A stretch of 63,977 nt of DNA, the filler included, from Dimargaris cristalligena (lineage: Eukaryota), in the NCBI GenBank assembly GCA_003614675.1. It is 3 parts of 3 records of this genome, joined end to end, with 100 filler letters (N's around TTAATTAATTAA, not from the genome) between each part and the next. Parts side by side here need not be neighbours in the genome. Positions count along the whole stretch, not along the records: positions 22,264 to 44,422 come from ML002637.1; 2 more parts are not named here. One strand, 5' to 3'. The notes beneath the pieces were generated by a model, which had not been told where the DNA came from, did no database searches, and saw only the letters and a program-made list of their open reading frames with translations. The position numbers and the translations under genes were made by a program. Below are positions 22,347-36,476 of the stretch, one piece after another (positions within the stretch are counted from its first letter, which is position 1; the number at the start of each line of letters is the position of its first letter).

Positions 22347-25270
22347 TTGGCTACCCTTTTTTATATTTTATTGTTAATAAACATTTATTTTTGTTTGATT
22401 TGTAAAGATTGGAGTAGGAGCAAGTATTTATACCCGGGGTTGCTAAATGGACAAGTGTATGATGCCGATATGTTTGGCAGGATTTTAGAAGCAGCTGTCG
22501 ATTTAGGCGACGCGGTTTGAACTAGCATAAAAGGCCATTCAACAATGAGAATGGCTACTGGGTGTCATCAGCAATACAATGCAGAGAGATGGATAGTATA
22601 ATGAGCCACCCTATTGGCGCCAATTGGAAAGTCCGCCACCAGGTGTGTGGACTATTTGGTTTGGCTCATAAGTCGATGTCATTTCGTTAGCCGTGGCATA
22701 TCCACTAACGCCTCGCCATTCTTTATACTATAACGATTTCCTTGCTTACAATGGTGTTTGTACACTCATAGAATTCTTGGCCAACGGGTGTAATTCGGGG
22801 TGTATCTATATCTCTTTATAATAAGATCGAAGTCTAGGCCGCAATTGATATGCAACAATTATTTTTAAATCGTGTATTACTTAATGGCCCTCATAAATTC
22901 TACCGGGGTTTGGTTGGTGTGGCTTCATGGCACAATCTATTTTCTTTCATGATCTATTTTTAGTATCAAGCTTCCCATAGACTGGCTTATCAGTACCGCT
23001 TTGGAAATATATTACATTTATCCATGGTGATTCAACTAATGGTTCCCATAACGCCAAACTCGCTTATTGTCATCTGTGGCAGGCTTTCTTTACGTGTGGT
23101 ATTGACGGGTATATGGGTTATAAGCCTTCTTGTACTGGGCAAATTTTATTTATTAATATTGCGAAATACCCCTCATAAATTTATACTCGAAGATAATTCC
23201 CTCAGGCGGTGATCGATACCCTACGAGTCGGATACCTCCCAGATCATTATTTTTCAACAACCTACATTCCGAAAAATAGATAGTTAGATTACTAATCCCC
23301 GATTGCAAATATATAGTTTTACACCACTCAACTACTTGTATAACTTATCAATAGCCAGTGAGGATGGTCAACTGTGCGCTCATATTTGTCGGATAATGTC
23401 ACTCAGCTGGTCTCAATTAAGGAATATCTGCGTGCGATTTACCACATATCTTTTGGCTAAATCATCACTAGATAGCTAAATCAGTTGTATAGTGGAGCTG
23501 GATAGGCGTATACACTATATCCTAATTAAGCAGACGTGCGTAGAGGTGTTGATGTCGAGGTCAGTCCTGTACTCGATACAAGAGGATCGATAACATACAT
23601 ACCAAAGTCAGCCTTCTCTCTAGTTTTTGACGTGGTCAATAGGCTGAGGCAGAGTGATCCAAAAAATCTAGTCAGGTGAAGCACCTTAAAGAGGGCTTAT
23701 ACGTACCGTCTTTGACCATGTATTTAATGTCAGAATGAATGAATATACTACGATGCAAAACCTTAGTATATTAAAGTGAATGAAAGTAAAGAAAGCTGCA
23801 AGAGTTGTGTGGAATACACTCCGCTATGTATTTTATTGTATGACTATTGCCTGTGTCGAGAGTTGGGATATAATTCTCTCTATGATGGGAGAATCTCCAA
23901 GAATATAATTTGATAGAGGCGTGAGCTGCCTTTCTAACATTATATACTAGTATCCGCGTCTCATACGGTGTTTCTGGCTTTCATCTTAGTACTTGGTCCC
24001 CCGCATCCCTTCCACTTTCGTTGGTTAGGAAATTGAAAACCCCCTACTGCCGGGCTTGACCGTTACTGCTACAACTAGGGCCGGTGTAGTAGCCGACTTT
24101 GGTCATCACAACAATTCGACTCCCCTGGATACCGCCGATATAACCGAGACCACAGCCCTGGACAAGCCATTAATAACCAAGGGCATGTTATCGCCACCAA
24201 CGACCCAACCAGGGACCATCATCCCCTCGTTAACCTGGCCAACAATGTTCATCAACCCTGGCCTAGCTTCATACTGGCTAATCGCCATCATCCCATGAGC
24301 GAGATACTTGCCCGTCGCACAGAATAGCATTCCCAAAGACTCCCGGACCTTCTTTTCCGGTCGCCTACCCACACCTATTGCTGATTATTATTATTTTTGG
24401 CCGTACATAAAAGTTTGGTATCAGCCTGGCTCCTTAATCCTTTCAGCGTATTGCTGTTCCCAGTGCTTCCTATTAGGTTCATTTATCGTATTCCTCTCTT
24501 AATAAAACACGCATATTTTTCGCATTTTAACATTACCATTGGTTTCCCTGCCTACTTTGGCAATTCCCTCGTAACTCTATTAACCTTTTTTTTAGGCGGC
24601 CCGCTGTCGATAACCGCCGGTCAAAACAGCATCTTACAATGTGCCTCTCTTAAAATCCGCCCCCATGAAGATTCTAGTTACGTATCAGAGCGGTTAGCCA
24701 CTGCAACATGCCAGCTGGTTTTCGGTATTGCATCATCGCCGGTGACATGCACGCTAGGCAAAACTACTACGCCAGGTCTAAGTCTGTCTTGGGGTATAAT
24801 GGTACAATTCTAAAAAAGGGAATTTATATATTTTTATATTTTATTGTTCAAAGGGGAGGCGGAAGCCACCAATTTCGTGGTTTAGCAAATTAACGGAAGA
24901 AATCCGAAAGTGTAAGCCCTTGGTAGCCACAATTAAATATCATCAGAGAAAATGTAGTAATGTATATATAATATCACAATGGAAATGGGGGAAGTGGGGG
25001 GGGGGATGCAAAATTAAATGGATGTAGCGGGTAGATATAAGCGGCAAGGTAAGGCATGCCAAGCCCTGATGTCAAACATCGGTGACATTCCAAGAGACGT
25101 ACCACAAGGGACTCTCACAATCTCAGAAAGTCAGCAAGTATACATGTTCAAAAGACAACTATAAAAACATAAAGAGTCGAAAAAGGGGGATTTCTAATGA
25201 CACACAAATATATATATATATGTATGTAAATTAACCAGATGACTTGGATTTAGCAAGTGGACGGGTGAGT

Positions 25271-27204
25271 TTACTTGCGACCATGGCCCACACTGATTTT
25301 ATGTCGATTTTTGAGCGAAAAGAAACTGGACACTTTTCTGGGGAACCGAAAGCTGTCTTTACCGGTTGAGTGGGCGGTGGAATCGGAGGAAATAGAGGAG
25401 GGCTTGTTGGTGACGGTCCGAACCGGGGCGGGCGGGGCGGTCTGATAATGGCTGAAATCCGTGATGCCCGCCTGACGCAGCACATCTTCGTCGTACCAGA
25501 ACCGGCCAGTGAGTGTATCGCTGCGCGGCTGGCTAAATATCCAGTAAGCGGCATCAACGACAATATCCGGGCGCCGGGTTAAATGCCGCCAGAGGGAATA
25601 GCCGGAGGCGCGGTTTAGCTCATCGACGTGGATCATAATACGCGGCCAAATGGCATTGATGGAAATGTGGGTGGAGCTGAGTTCGCTCATTAAACCACGC
25701 GCGCACATGGAGATGGCAAATTTAGTCATTGAATAGGGGGAGTTGGCCATGTTCCAGTCGTCGTTGAACATAAGCGGGGGAGCGGAAATGAGAACATGGG
25801 GGGTCTGAGACTGAAGTAGATATGGGACAGCGGCCTAAATAATAATAACCATGAAAAAATGAACCAGGGTCAATGAATGAATAAGGAGAGAGTGAAGGAC
25901 AGGTTAATATCAGTATCTGGACAGGGGGCTGCTGCTGTAATGATTACAGGGCTATGGATTTGGTTGATAAGCGAAGGGAGCGACTTCAGTGGTGCAGTTA
26001 ACCAATAGAACAGGGAATAAATGGAACCTACTTACCCTTATGCAAATCCGTGTCCCTTGCGTATCGACAGTGAGCATGGAACTGAAGTCCTTTTCGGCGG
26101 TATCGAAAGATTCAATCATTTGCAAAGAACCGACTAATGGGACAACGATGAATAAAGGGATGTACAGGGTAGATGAATAAAGCACATGCGTTAGAAGACA
26201 GAAACCACCATGTCAAAGGTTACGGCGGGACATATATACACACACGCATATGTATATTACAAAAATACGGCCATCTGACACGGGCATTCGTATACCCGCG
26301 TTAATAAGCATGTCTAATGCAGGCTACTACTGTAAGGTCGACAGAATACCGCATTGTATATATATATGGTGTAGTATTGGATTATTTTGGGAGGGACATG
26401 GGGAGTGGTAATGAAAGGAACCAATACTTACGGATAGAGACCAAATAGTCTAGACTGCCGAATTCGTCAAAGATGGAAGCCATCACCTCAGCAATTTCCT
26501 GGGGGTTACGAACATCAGCAATGAAAGGGAGGACCGTAGCGCCGGCCCGACGAAGGGCTCGGGTTTCTGAGTAGACAGTGTCGAACTACTCAATACATGA
26601 AGGAAACGATGACATGTGATAATCGGCCAAAGGACAACAGGAGAGTTGGGGGGTTAGATTTCAACCAGGGACAGGTAAATTGACGCGGAGCTCAGTGGTT
26701 CAAGTGGGTAGCTTCCCCTCTTCTTCTTTACTACTCTTCACTTTACTTCACAGGAATCGGATAGTCGCTCACACAATGAAGGGGCCAGGAACATCAAGCG
26801 TAAAATCGCCCACACATACACAGTACAAAATAAAAAAGGACTTACCTCAGTGTCTCGAGCACACACCCGCTGGATAAGGGCGATCTTGGCACCTTGTTGA
26901 GCGGCGGTTGTGGCAAAGGCATGGGTGAGGCCACTATATTAAAGAAGCCGATGGCAAGGGGGGAGTCGGGGAATAGGGAAGTGAAGGAAGAGCGGGATAT
27001 TAGTATTAGTAAGCAGGGTGTGTGTGTCGAGTGGGACTCAGGTTAGGGCGACGTAGGGCAGATAGTAATAAGGTAGGCCAGGTGCAACTCCGACCCAGGG
27101 GCGCTTAGAAATAAGCAGAGAGCCGTAAGTAGCTCGTAAACATACCGTGGTGAGCCTACGATAACGAGGACCTTGTCCTGCAGCGACGTGGAAGCGGGAA
27201 ACAT
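25271..27204 (-). CDS. Short-chain dehydrogenase/reductase, HSDL2-like, 5 exons, no SCP2 domain
   Basis: GT-AG exons 27204-27146, 26933-26846, 26585-26432, ~26134-26036 and ~25834-25271 assemble LQDKVLVIVGSPRGLT..., LPFIADVRN, FGSLDYLV, YSMTK, INAIWPR and TGRFWYDEDVLRQAGITDFSHY. The last motif is characteristic of the HSDL2 subfamily. Confidence 0.85.
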
Positions 27205-30105
27205 GGTAATAGATAGTGCCGGAGAAATACGAAGAGGGGGATAATACAGTTGGTGGGGAAGGTATAAGATACCAAGCCACGGATAAGGACAATGCAAAGA
27301 GGCCGGTGCAAAAGGTATCTAGAGAGAGATATTACAAGGTGAGTGGCCGATTGTTTGGGTTTTTTAAGGTTGCAAAAAGTCTATTAAGAAGCCAGTGAAG
27401 GAGTATTTAAAGAGCGAAGATGGAGCAGACAAGTAAGTGGAAAGCTTGGCAGTAGCCGGATTCATTGATAAGGAAGGGCAGGGGGGAGCGGGGTATTTAT
27501 AGGCGCTAGGGTAATCGATGTAAAAACGTCAACCGCGGAGACTGGCCACGTATCGCCGTCCAGGGGAATCTTTAAACAAAAGCGGGAAGAAAGGAAGGCG
27601 ATAGTTCCGATGGGGTTGCCCAGGGTATTAATAGGGGGTGGTATATACAATAATACCACACAGCCGTTGCTGACTAACCGCTGTGGAAATGGGCCACCCG
27701 GCCCTGTATTGCCTAATCTCCACTATAGTGTATATAGACAAAAGAAAGGTCTTTTTTTTAGAGAGGAAATTAGCGTCCGCGCCAATTGCGGCCCGGCCAA
27801 TGACTGGCGCGGCCCCCGCCTACTTTCCACCAATGGTCAATCTTAAGTTGATGGCCCAGCGAGAGAAACGCCGGGCCCGCCGCCCCGCTAACTGGCTGGT
27901 TTTTCCTACACCCAAGTTAGGGCGGAAATGGACGGCCATTGGGAAACCGGATAATAAACATGGGAGAGTAATGACTATGAGTATGAGAGAGACCCGCCAG
28001 CCAGCCTAATATTCCTTCCTGCACGCGCACTCGCCGGCGTATAATAATAGGACTAGTATAACAACAGCAGCAGGGATCGGCTCATCGGAGGAATAGGCAA
28101 AGGCGTCTGATTGGTTGGTTTTTCCATTCGCCTCCTGTTCGTCGTCATCATTAACACCACCAGCCGCCCCGTCTTTCCTCTATCTATCTCCACTAATATT
28201 GGGAAAGAAAGGGTATTGGGAAGATAAGCTGGCTCTACCTCGATAAGGGAACCCTCGCAAAAAGGGGGACATCCCGAATGGTTCTTCCTTCGTGTCAATG
28301 AGTAATTCCGGCTATAGCGCCACGCAGTGGGAAGGGGAGGGGAGCCCGACGCCGCCAAAATGGAGGGGTTTCCATCGCCCAGTAATCGAGGCCGGTCTCC
28401 GGATTCCGAGAAGAGTCCCGGCAAAAAGGGGGGAGACACTGTACCCTCCTATTTTGTTATGGTGCTATTTATCCTCCGTCTGCCTTTGAAGATACAGCAG
28501 GTACTTTTCCATGCTTTTCCAACAACCACTTAGCCGGCCTTATCTGTTGCACCATCCCGGTCTGATAAAAAGACGGGAAAACGGCCCACTAAAATTCCTC
28601 CAATGACCGGGGTCACAAAAAACCAAAATCATAATAAATATGGGCGAGTCGTCTTAGCCAGGCAGTATAACGAATATTCCAAGGAAATAAAACTCGCTGG
28701 ATTGGTTAAATACGCCATGTTCATCACTCCCAACTTCATTGGGAGGTTTATCCCATTCAAAATCCTATCCAGATGAGTTGAATCATAAAATACGTACATC
28801 AACATTTAAATGTACTGTCCCCCGACTGCCCAAGCCTTGGATGATTGCTTATTAATGCCGAGCCGAGTGGCATGGTACAATAGCGCCAAAATAAATGAGT
28901 AATACGTGGCAGCTTCCCACCCGGAGGTCCCTTTCACATTAAACATGGGCGATTCGTAACCCTGCTGCGCCAGGAATGATCTCCCCACTGACCTTACATG
29001 GAATTGCCCCCGATAATCAGATGGTTGACGCAGCACCCTGGGTGTCGGAAAAATAAGGTGTAGTACATACATGTCTGCACTTACCCCCGCTACCAGGGCA
29101 TGGGTGGGGTAGCCCCCGCAAGAAAAACAGAGTAAACATGTGGCTACTGCCAAGGAAGAAGCAAAAAGGGGGGATAACCTTAGTACATAATTCAACCCCA
29201 GATGTATAAATGTTCGGATACGCCGTGGGTTTCGCGCTCTCTGGTTGGAGAAAGGTTTCCGCCCATCTAGCCCAGCATCGAAATGCATCACATCCCTTCT
29301 GGGTCAGCTGTTAAGCAACGGTTCTAAATCGAATATTGTTCTCCGGGTTGGATTATTACGTGGGCTTTACTTTTATCCGAATACATTGGCCTGGCCCCGA
29401 TGATTCGCGTTATCCATCCCTTAAATTGTTCACTACTGTTAAACGCCACCAACTCTAACTCACAGCCTTGGTATAGGATAACGAACTGATTCTTTACGAT
29501 CATGGGAGAATAACAACTTCGGTCCATTGTGTCCCGTCCCGGTCAACAGGGCTATTCAGTGCCAAAGGCGGGAATGTCGGATAATTGTATTTAACCGAGT
29601 CCGAAAGGGTGAATGGCGTCACTGTACATATTGTCGACAGAGTTGGGTAAGGACCAAAATGTACGAAGAAGGTAGGCTCTCTGATTAAAACGGTTCCAAA
29701 CGGAAATAGCCGTTGTTTAATGAGTTCCAACGATATTCCGCCCATCCAGTTCTAAGTGATTGATGTCAGTGCTGGGATATGGCGGGATTTTTAATTTTGG
29801 ATTTATATTCCCACCTAATAATCAATTCACCCACCTAAAAGTCCATTTTTGGCCCACCAGGCCTATTTTTCATTCCGTTTTTTTTGTGTGTATGAATTAT
29901 TAATAAAAAATCAGGGCATCCTATTGACTGGTAATTGTGTATAACAGTGGAATGTGAAAAGTGGATTACTCGAGATACCCGTCCCTCTATTTTTTTGTAG
30001 CCATTCATGCCCCTAGTGGTTCGTAATCGTACTTTGATTCAGCATTCCTTAACTAATACTTTTGTACCCGACCGACGTGCCCGCTATTCGTCCAGGCTCA
30101 CCACC

Positions 30106-31787
30106 ATGGTAAATGCACATCCCCATGCCATTCGGGGAAACCCTCAGCAACGCCTCCTCCTCCTCCAGGCACTTTAGTCGAATCCCAGTCAACCTGTTTC
30201 TAGGCTCCCCCGAACCTCTGCCAACCAGGCCGAACCTCGTAATAACCCATTTCCCCCTATGCTTACTATGTTCTGCACTCCCCCATTTTGCATTTTCCCT
30301 GGCCATGCCATGCCAAACAGCCTAACAATAAGAAGAAGTCGCTAAAGAATATCAAGGGCAAGGAGACCGCCCACCCCTACTCCCGCAAAGCCCGCCAGAT
30401 TCAACGCTCGCTCTTGCGCCATGATAAGTTCGTGGAGGGTCGGTCGAGCCGCCTAGGTCTCCAGAACAAGTCATGTAAGCGTTTATAAGAACCAGGGGGG
30501 ATTCATGTGTTTCATTACTATGATCGTGCCTATAAACCCACTACTACTCCTTACATTGGCAAACGAGCCAGAAATCTGCAATGGCGTGCGTTTCCCTATC
30601 GCTTTTCATATTGGCTGGATATAGACTTTTGTCCCCACTGGCATTATTTATTTGATTGCGCTGATAACTATAACCTCCCTGGATCCCCGCGGATCGACAC
30701 ATCCTCCCTTATTGGTGTTTTAGCTGAGCGCTACCTGTGGTTTAGATATGCCATGGATGATGCCAAAAAATCCCTATCAAAGGCCGAGGTCCATGAACTC
30801 GTTCAAATGTAAGTGGTCCCTATAGAGCGTATATACCCCCATGGTTCTTATTTTATTCGGGGGTTTTTTTTATAAAAAAAATGAACATCATCCAAATTTG
30901 AAAGCAATGTCCGCGTATCACCTGAAGTGGGGTGAGGTGTCTCATTCGGTTTGTCAGTAGACTTGCCTGGCCATAAGTCGCCGCCCTCTTGCACCTGACT
31001 ATAATCCACATTTCTCTAATTTTGGTCGCCTTCAAACCCCAGGTATATTGAACGCAATGACGGTGAGATCGAGAAGCTGCTGAGCGAGCGGCGGAAGGGT
31101 CAGCCCATGCCCAAAAATATCGAAGTTCTTAAAATGATTAAGAAGAGCACCGACGACGAATATCGCAGTGGACTTAGTAAGCCCTCTTCCATATATATAT
31201 ATTACCAGCCGGATACTGATAACTTCCACCTTCTCTGTGTTGGTATAATCGTGTTGCGTGCACCTCTCCCCCCCTTCCCCTGCTAAAAAAAAAGAAAGAA
31301 GAAGAGGGATGTCCCTACAGTGTCATGGGTCATCACGCTGCCCATTTGTCATACTAAACGCAAATGGCGTCGTATATATACATTTTCTTACTTAACATGT
31401 TTATCGCTTCCCAATTTTCCCAGAACTCCCGGACCTAACCCACATTGCCACTGTAGAGTATCTAAGGTAAGTCGCGCTAGCCATTCCCAGCCATTCAGAA
31501 CTCCTATAACCCCCAGTAGTAGTATTTGTTTATTTGGAGGTCGATTATTAATCGCTACTCTACCCCCCTCCCCTCTATTGTGTTGTTATTATTGCTACCG
31601 TACATTTACCGGGTGGGTATATCCCCCCCAATGTAATAGAGATTGGAATGGCGACATGAATGGTATTGCCAACATGAAATTCATTATCATGACGAAACCC
31701 AAACCAACAACCGCCGACTCGGCCCCGTCATCCACGTCAGCCATCCCCGGCACTGACGGTACGGACACCGTCATGGCCGTCGTTTAA
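30106..31787 (+). CDS. TMA16: Translation machinery-associated protein 16 (60S biogenesis), 6 exons; the first coding exon is the ATG alone
   Basis: ccaccATG|GTAAAT at 30106 splices to CAG|CCT at 30321. Product includes MPNNKKKSLK...HPYSRKARQ, ERYLWFR, YIERNDGEIE...RRKG, EYRSGLELPDLT and DWNGD. Confidence 0.85.
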
Positions 31788-32464
31788 AAAACCCCGCCAT
31801 CGCCAAGATAAAATAAAATTGTCCGTTTATATATCGCCTTGGTATAAATTTAATAAAATGTCCAAAATGGGGGTTATGTTTGGCGGATAGTAGTATCGTT
31901 AATGACTGAACTGTATAGGTATAATAGGTGCGCGGTGATGTATGAGATACGAATTATTTGATATGGTATTGCGGGCGGAGTTGGGCCTGTTTGATTTTTA
32001 ATAATAAATGTACTTTACTTGTACATGTCTGCTGCTTGCTGTGTTCCTGGGGCTTAATAACCGATCCTCTCCGTCCGTAGATTAAACACCAAGGGCAGTC
32101 CACATTATGACCTTATTTTACCTTTGTCTATATCAGCGCACCATGGTGTTCTTTATGCTGAGTATATCTACATGGCATTAATCTTCCGCTATTCAGGTTT
32201 AGTCAGGGACTGTTTTATCCATCCAAACTCACCACTAAATCTAACAATCTAACCATCTATCAAGGAAAGCCCACTACAATAGCAGTAAATATTTGAGGAA
32301 ACTGTTTATAATTTAGTTTTCGTTATTTCCATGCTGGCTCCGCCGCCTTCAAACGGCCTAATTTACCACTAACACAATATCTATATATCTATATAGATAT
32401 ATATATATATTCCCACCCCAACTCTTACATCTCATCAGGGTAAAATTAGTTTCCTTCCTCTCCA

Positions 32465-35400
32465 CTATTGGTCATCGGGCAGTTTCCAGCCGAGTTTCTG
32501 ACCCTGCACGTACAGATCCTCCAAAACATCATCAAATTTACCCGTCTCCTTCAACTCTTCCGATTTCTCGTAGAGCCGCAGGGCAATCGAAGCGTCTTGC
32601 ACACTACAATGGGCCGCGCGTTGGATGTCCTCACCCAACAGACACCAGGCCAAAAACTTCAAAGAGACGAGGCGTTGGTGACGCTGGGACCGGAAAATGC
32701 CTACGGTATCGATGATCTGGGCCGGCGGGATATAGATATTGATGGTGCGGAGGTCTTTACTTAAGCCGTGACCAACGAATGTACAGCCGGTATCGACGAG
32801 GTAGCGTAGTTTCCGGTACACCCATTTTAGCGGTAGGAGGTGTTTACGGGATAAACGCGGGTTCAGGTCGTTTTCCCGAACACCCGAGTAGGCCGTGACG
32901 TAATCAGCGATGGGCACGGTCGCGGCGACGTAATCATCGAGGAAGGGTTCTCCTTTACGGGGATGCCGGCCGCGGATCACACTCACCCGCGCCAGGCGTA
33001 ATAGATTAGGGCGCACCAAGTGTCGCGTACCGTCGCTTCGGACTTCGATTTCGGCCTGGTTTTGGACGACGAATTCCGCGTCCAAGGCACACACGTACCC
33101 CCGGGGCAACGGGAGTTCGTCCGGGGTTAAAGGGACCGCTAACGTTTGGCGGTTGTATTTGGCCGGCGTGATGAGTGTATGGGGGTCCAGGGTGTTGGGT
33201 AATTCGGCGATGGCCGGGGCCGCGGTCTCCGCCATGCCCACCCGGGTTAAAAAGAGTACGACCGGGGTGCGCCAGGGTTGCCCAAACTCGAATACTTCCG
33301 CTTCAGTGGTGGATCGCACCAGGAAATCGTTGAACAGGTACCACTGGCCCGAATCCGTTTGGCGGATCTGGGCCACGAGATGGCCCGGCTGGCCCGGTTC
33401 CGTAATCTCGGACACGATAGCCGACACTTCGTACAGGGTATACTGGTCCGCTTCGGTCTCGTCGACGTCTTCCGCGGTCCGGATATCAAGGTGGTCCCGT
33501 AAAGACACCGCAATACGCGTGGGCAACCAACGCCGTCCACTCCCGCTACTTCCCCCACCGACCCCGACCCATATCTGGGCCTCATCGTTGTATTTGATGG
33601 CACAATTGATGGTCAGGATGGGGGGTAGGGTACTGCACACTTTTGCTTGATTCATCATTTGGTACTGCCGACAGTCTTCACACCATACCCGATTCTGCGT
33701 ATGGGGTTCCAGGGCCGCATGGAGCAGTTGGGTAAACGATACGCGGGTCCGTTCAGCCGTCGTAAGATACGGCAGTGTGAATCGGGGCGTATAATCACCC
33801 TGGGGGGATGATTGGATGGAGCCGTAGGCCTGTGGGGCTGTCGCCAGGGGATGGGTGCTACTGACCCCCACTGGCACCGAAGAGAATAGGCCCGAGGGTG
33901 CTGCGCGGGGGTATACGAGGTCAACTACGAAGGGGTTCAGCTGCCGGGTGTTACGGTGGCCGCTGGAGCAGACGGAAGCGACTGTAATAGTGCAACAAAA
34001 GAGGTGTTGGAGAACCGACAAGGACGGCAGTGGCGCAGCAGGGGTAGACGCGGGAGTGGGAGTGGGAGCATCGGTAGCCGCAGGATCAGCTGAAGACGAA
34101 GGAGATGCTAGCGACGGACCCGGACTCAGACCCGAAGATGTCGGTGTAATATCAGTCTGTGGAACGGACAAGCCGAGGGGGACCGCCCAGGTTGTCGGAA
34201 GGGGCGGCAATTCCGGCTGGGAATATTCCTGGTGGAACTGCTGGAGCATAAACCGCACGGCATTTTGAATGAGGGCCCCGAACGCCGTTTGGGGGCTAGG
34301 TTTAGCGGGTTCAAGCAAGCCCAGTGCGTCCGCCTGGCGGATAGTGCTAAACACCCGCAAAAAATTAGTAGCCTGGCAATTAGCCCCGTGGGCGTCTTCC
34401 AACATGCGGAACAAAAAGCCCAGTTCGCAGAGCAGACAGGAATCGAGGGGGCAGGCCAGGGTCATGTGGGCCACGGCCACTGCGCGGAACGCCGGCAGGT
34501 AGAACAGGGCCTGGAGCAAGGAGTTGCAGTAACTGTTAGTGATGTCCGTTTCCAATCCGCTGTAGGGCGACTTATTATAAAAATCGAAATCGAAGTCTTC
34601 CACGCCGAACCGACTGTACCGAATTTCGACCCGGCGGTAGTATTTGGGCATCTTAGTCGACCCCGCTGGTACAGGGACCGTGGCCAAGGCAGGGGAATTC
34701 AATACTGTGGGTGAAGCTGCTGACGCCGCGGAGGTACCATTGGGGGTCGTCGGGTAAGACGAGGTCCGGGATCGTTGGGTGTGCAACTTCTCCCGGGCCC
34801 GTTCGGACCGGAATTTGGGAATGTCGGAGGGTCGGGCCTGGTGGGTCATGACTTGGTTCCGGTTACGCTGGCGGGGATTGGGGGCATAACCCACGAAATC
34901 GTTCCATTTGGCCTTATCCAAAATTCGGGGGTCAATATAAGGGGCCCGTTGTTGGGTACTGACTGTGGTGTGCTGGCGCCAAACCGAGAGGAGGGGGGAT
35001 TCGCCGTCGTAGTAGGGGAGACCGATGAGCGAGAGGGGCGCATCGCTGTTCATATCGAGGAGCGGGGCCAAGCACTCGGCACCCCCGGGTAGGGCCAATG
35101 GTTCGGGGTTCTCCACGAAACACGGGTGCGGAGAGGTGGACCAAATGTGCAGAGTCCCGCTATTGTCGGCGAACGCGATGGCTTCCCCTGTGGGTGCCAC
35201 CGCCACACTGGTCAGACTGGTAAACTCGGGTAAATTCACCTGATATAGCACGGGCGAGGCATAGTCCCCCGCCGCTGGTGCTTCGCAACCAGAGAACGTA
35301 GCGAACTGACCGTGGCGATTAGCAACCAATAAGACAGCATCCTCCGGTGAGGGGGTAGTCTCGTTCACGGCCAGCAATTCCGGCCCAGGTTCGAAATAAA

Positions 35401-36476
35401 TCCCCGCGGGTCGATTATTCTTGGTCGCACAGTCGTAGACCAGCACTTCCGGGTTGGGCAATAGGACGCCGCCCACCTGGAACGAATAACCGCAGGCCAA
35501 CAACAGCGAAGGTTCGCAAAGCGCCAAGCGACCTAAACTATTCAGGTGAGAATCGACCACACTGACGGTTTTCAGGGTCATGGGATCTTTAATGGCGATG
35601 GTGCCCGTTGACGTGGCCGTGCACAAATAAGTGCCGTGGCGGATCATGATCACGTCGTAATCGATGCGAAATTCGCGGAGCACCCGGCCCCCGTTTTGCA
35701 GGTCCATAATTAAGGCATGGCCGGTGCGGTCGCTAACATAGACCGCGTTGGGGTTGGTCGGGGAGGGAGCCACACTCGTGTACGAGTGTCTTAATTTACG
35801 TTTGGCTAGACTCAATTTGACGAGACCGCCCCGGGTGGTGAGTCGGACGTCAGTAGGACTGACCGATAATATGCCATGGGGGTGGGCAACTAAGTCACTT
35901 ATTTCGTCGCGGTGGCCGATGAAACTACTGTACTTGGTAATCGGTGACCCCGGCACGTAAGAGGTGATACGACCCTACCGTAGTTGCAATGCACATACAC
36001 ACACACGCATACGTATATATATATATAAATATAATAATCAATAGGCACATTGGTCGCATTAATTATAGATCCCTGGACTCGATTATCTGAAATATAATGC
36101 GTAGTAACTTATAACAGTTCTATAATCGACCCATAGTGCCTCCTTTTTAGCTGCTTACAAATAAAGCGTGCCTGAGATACGGGGAAGTTATGACGAAACC
36201 CATATTCCTTCAGCCGAAAGAGATGGGAAACTGTTCCTCGTTACGCTAGTATTTGCACTAACCAGCCAGCATATATTGCTGATTCCACAGCTTGTTTAGC
36301 CGTTTATGACAGGTGCTTCCACATAGTAAGATAGGGGTAGAGGGGTATATACTAACATTGGCATAAGCTGCCCAGATGAGGTTCTGGTAGGAGTCAAAGG
36401 TAACACGGACGACGGGGTAGGCAGCTGATTGACCGGGCACATCGTAGATTTGGGCCAATTCCGCCCAGTTAGACAT
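32465..36476 (-). CDS. PAN2: Poly(A) nuclease catalytic subunit Pan2 (WD40, pseudo-UCH, DEDD exonuclease); intron 35975-36356
   Basis: Motifs YSRFGVEDFDFDFYNKSPYSGLE, NSYCNSLLQ, WYLFNDFLV, ALDAEFV, FVGHGLSKD and LKFLAW. Exon 1 MSNWAE...FDSYQNLIWAAYAN splices to GRITSY. Confidence 0.96.

Noticed and set aside
33300..34560. Active deubiquitinase domain in PAN2
   Set aside because: The catalytic Cys position reads Ser (NSYCN), matching the known pseudo-UCH domain of Pan2.
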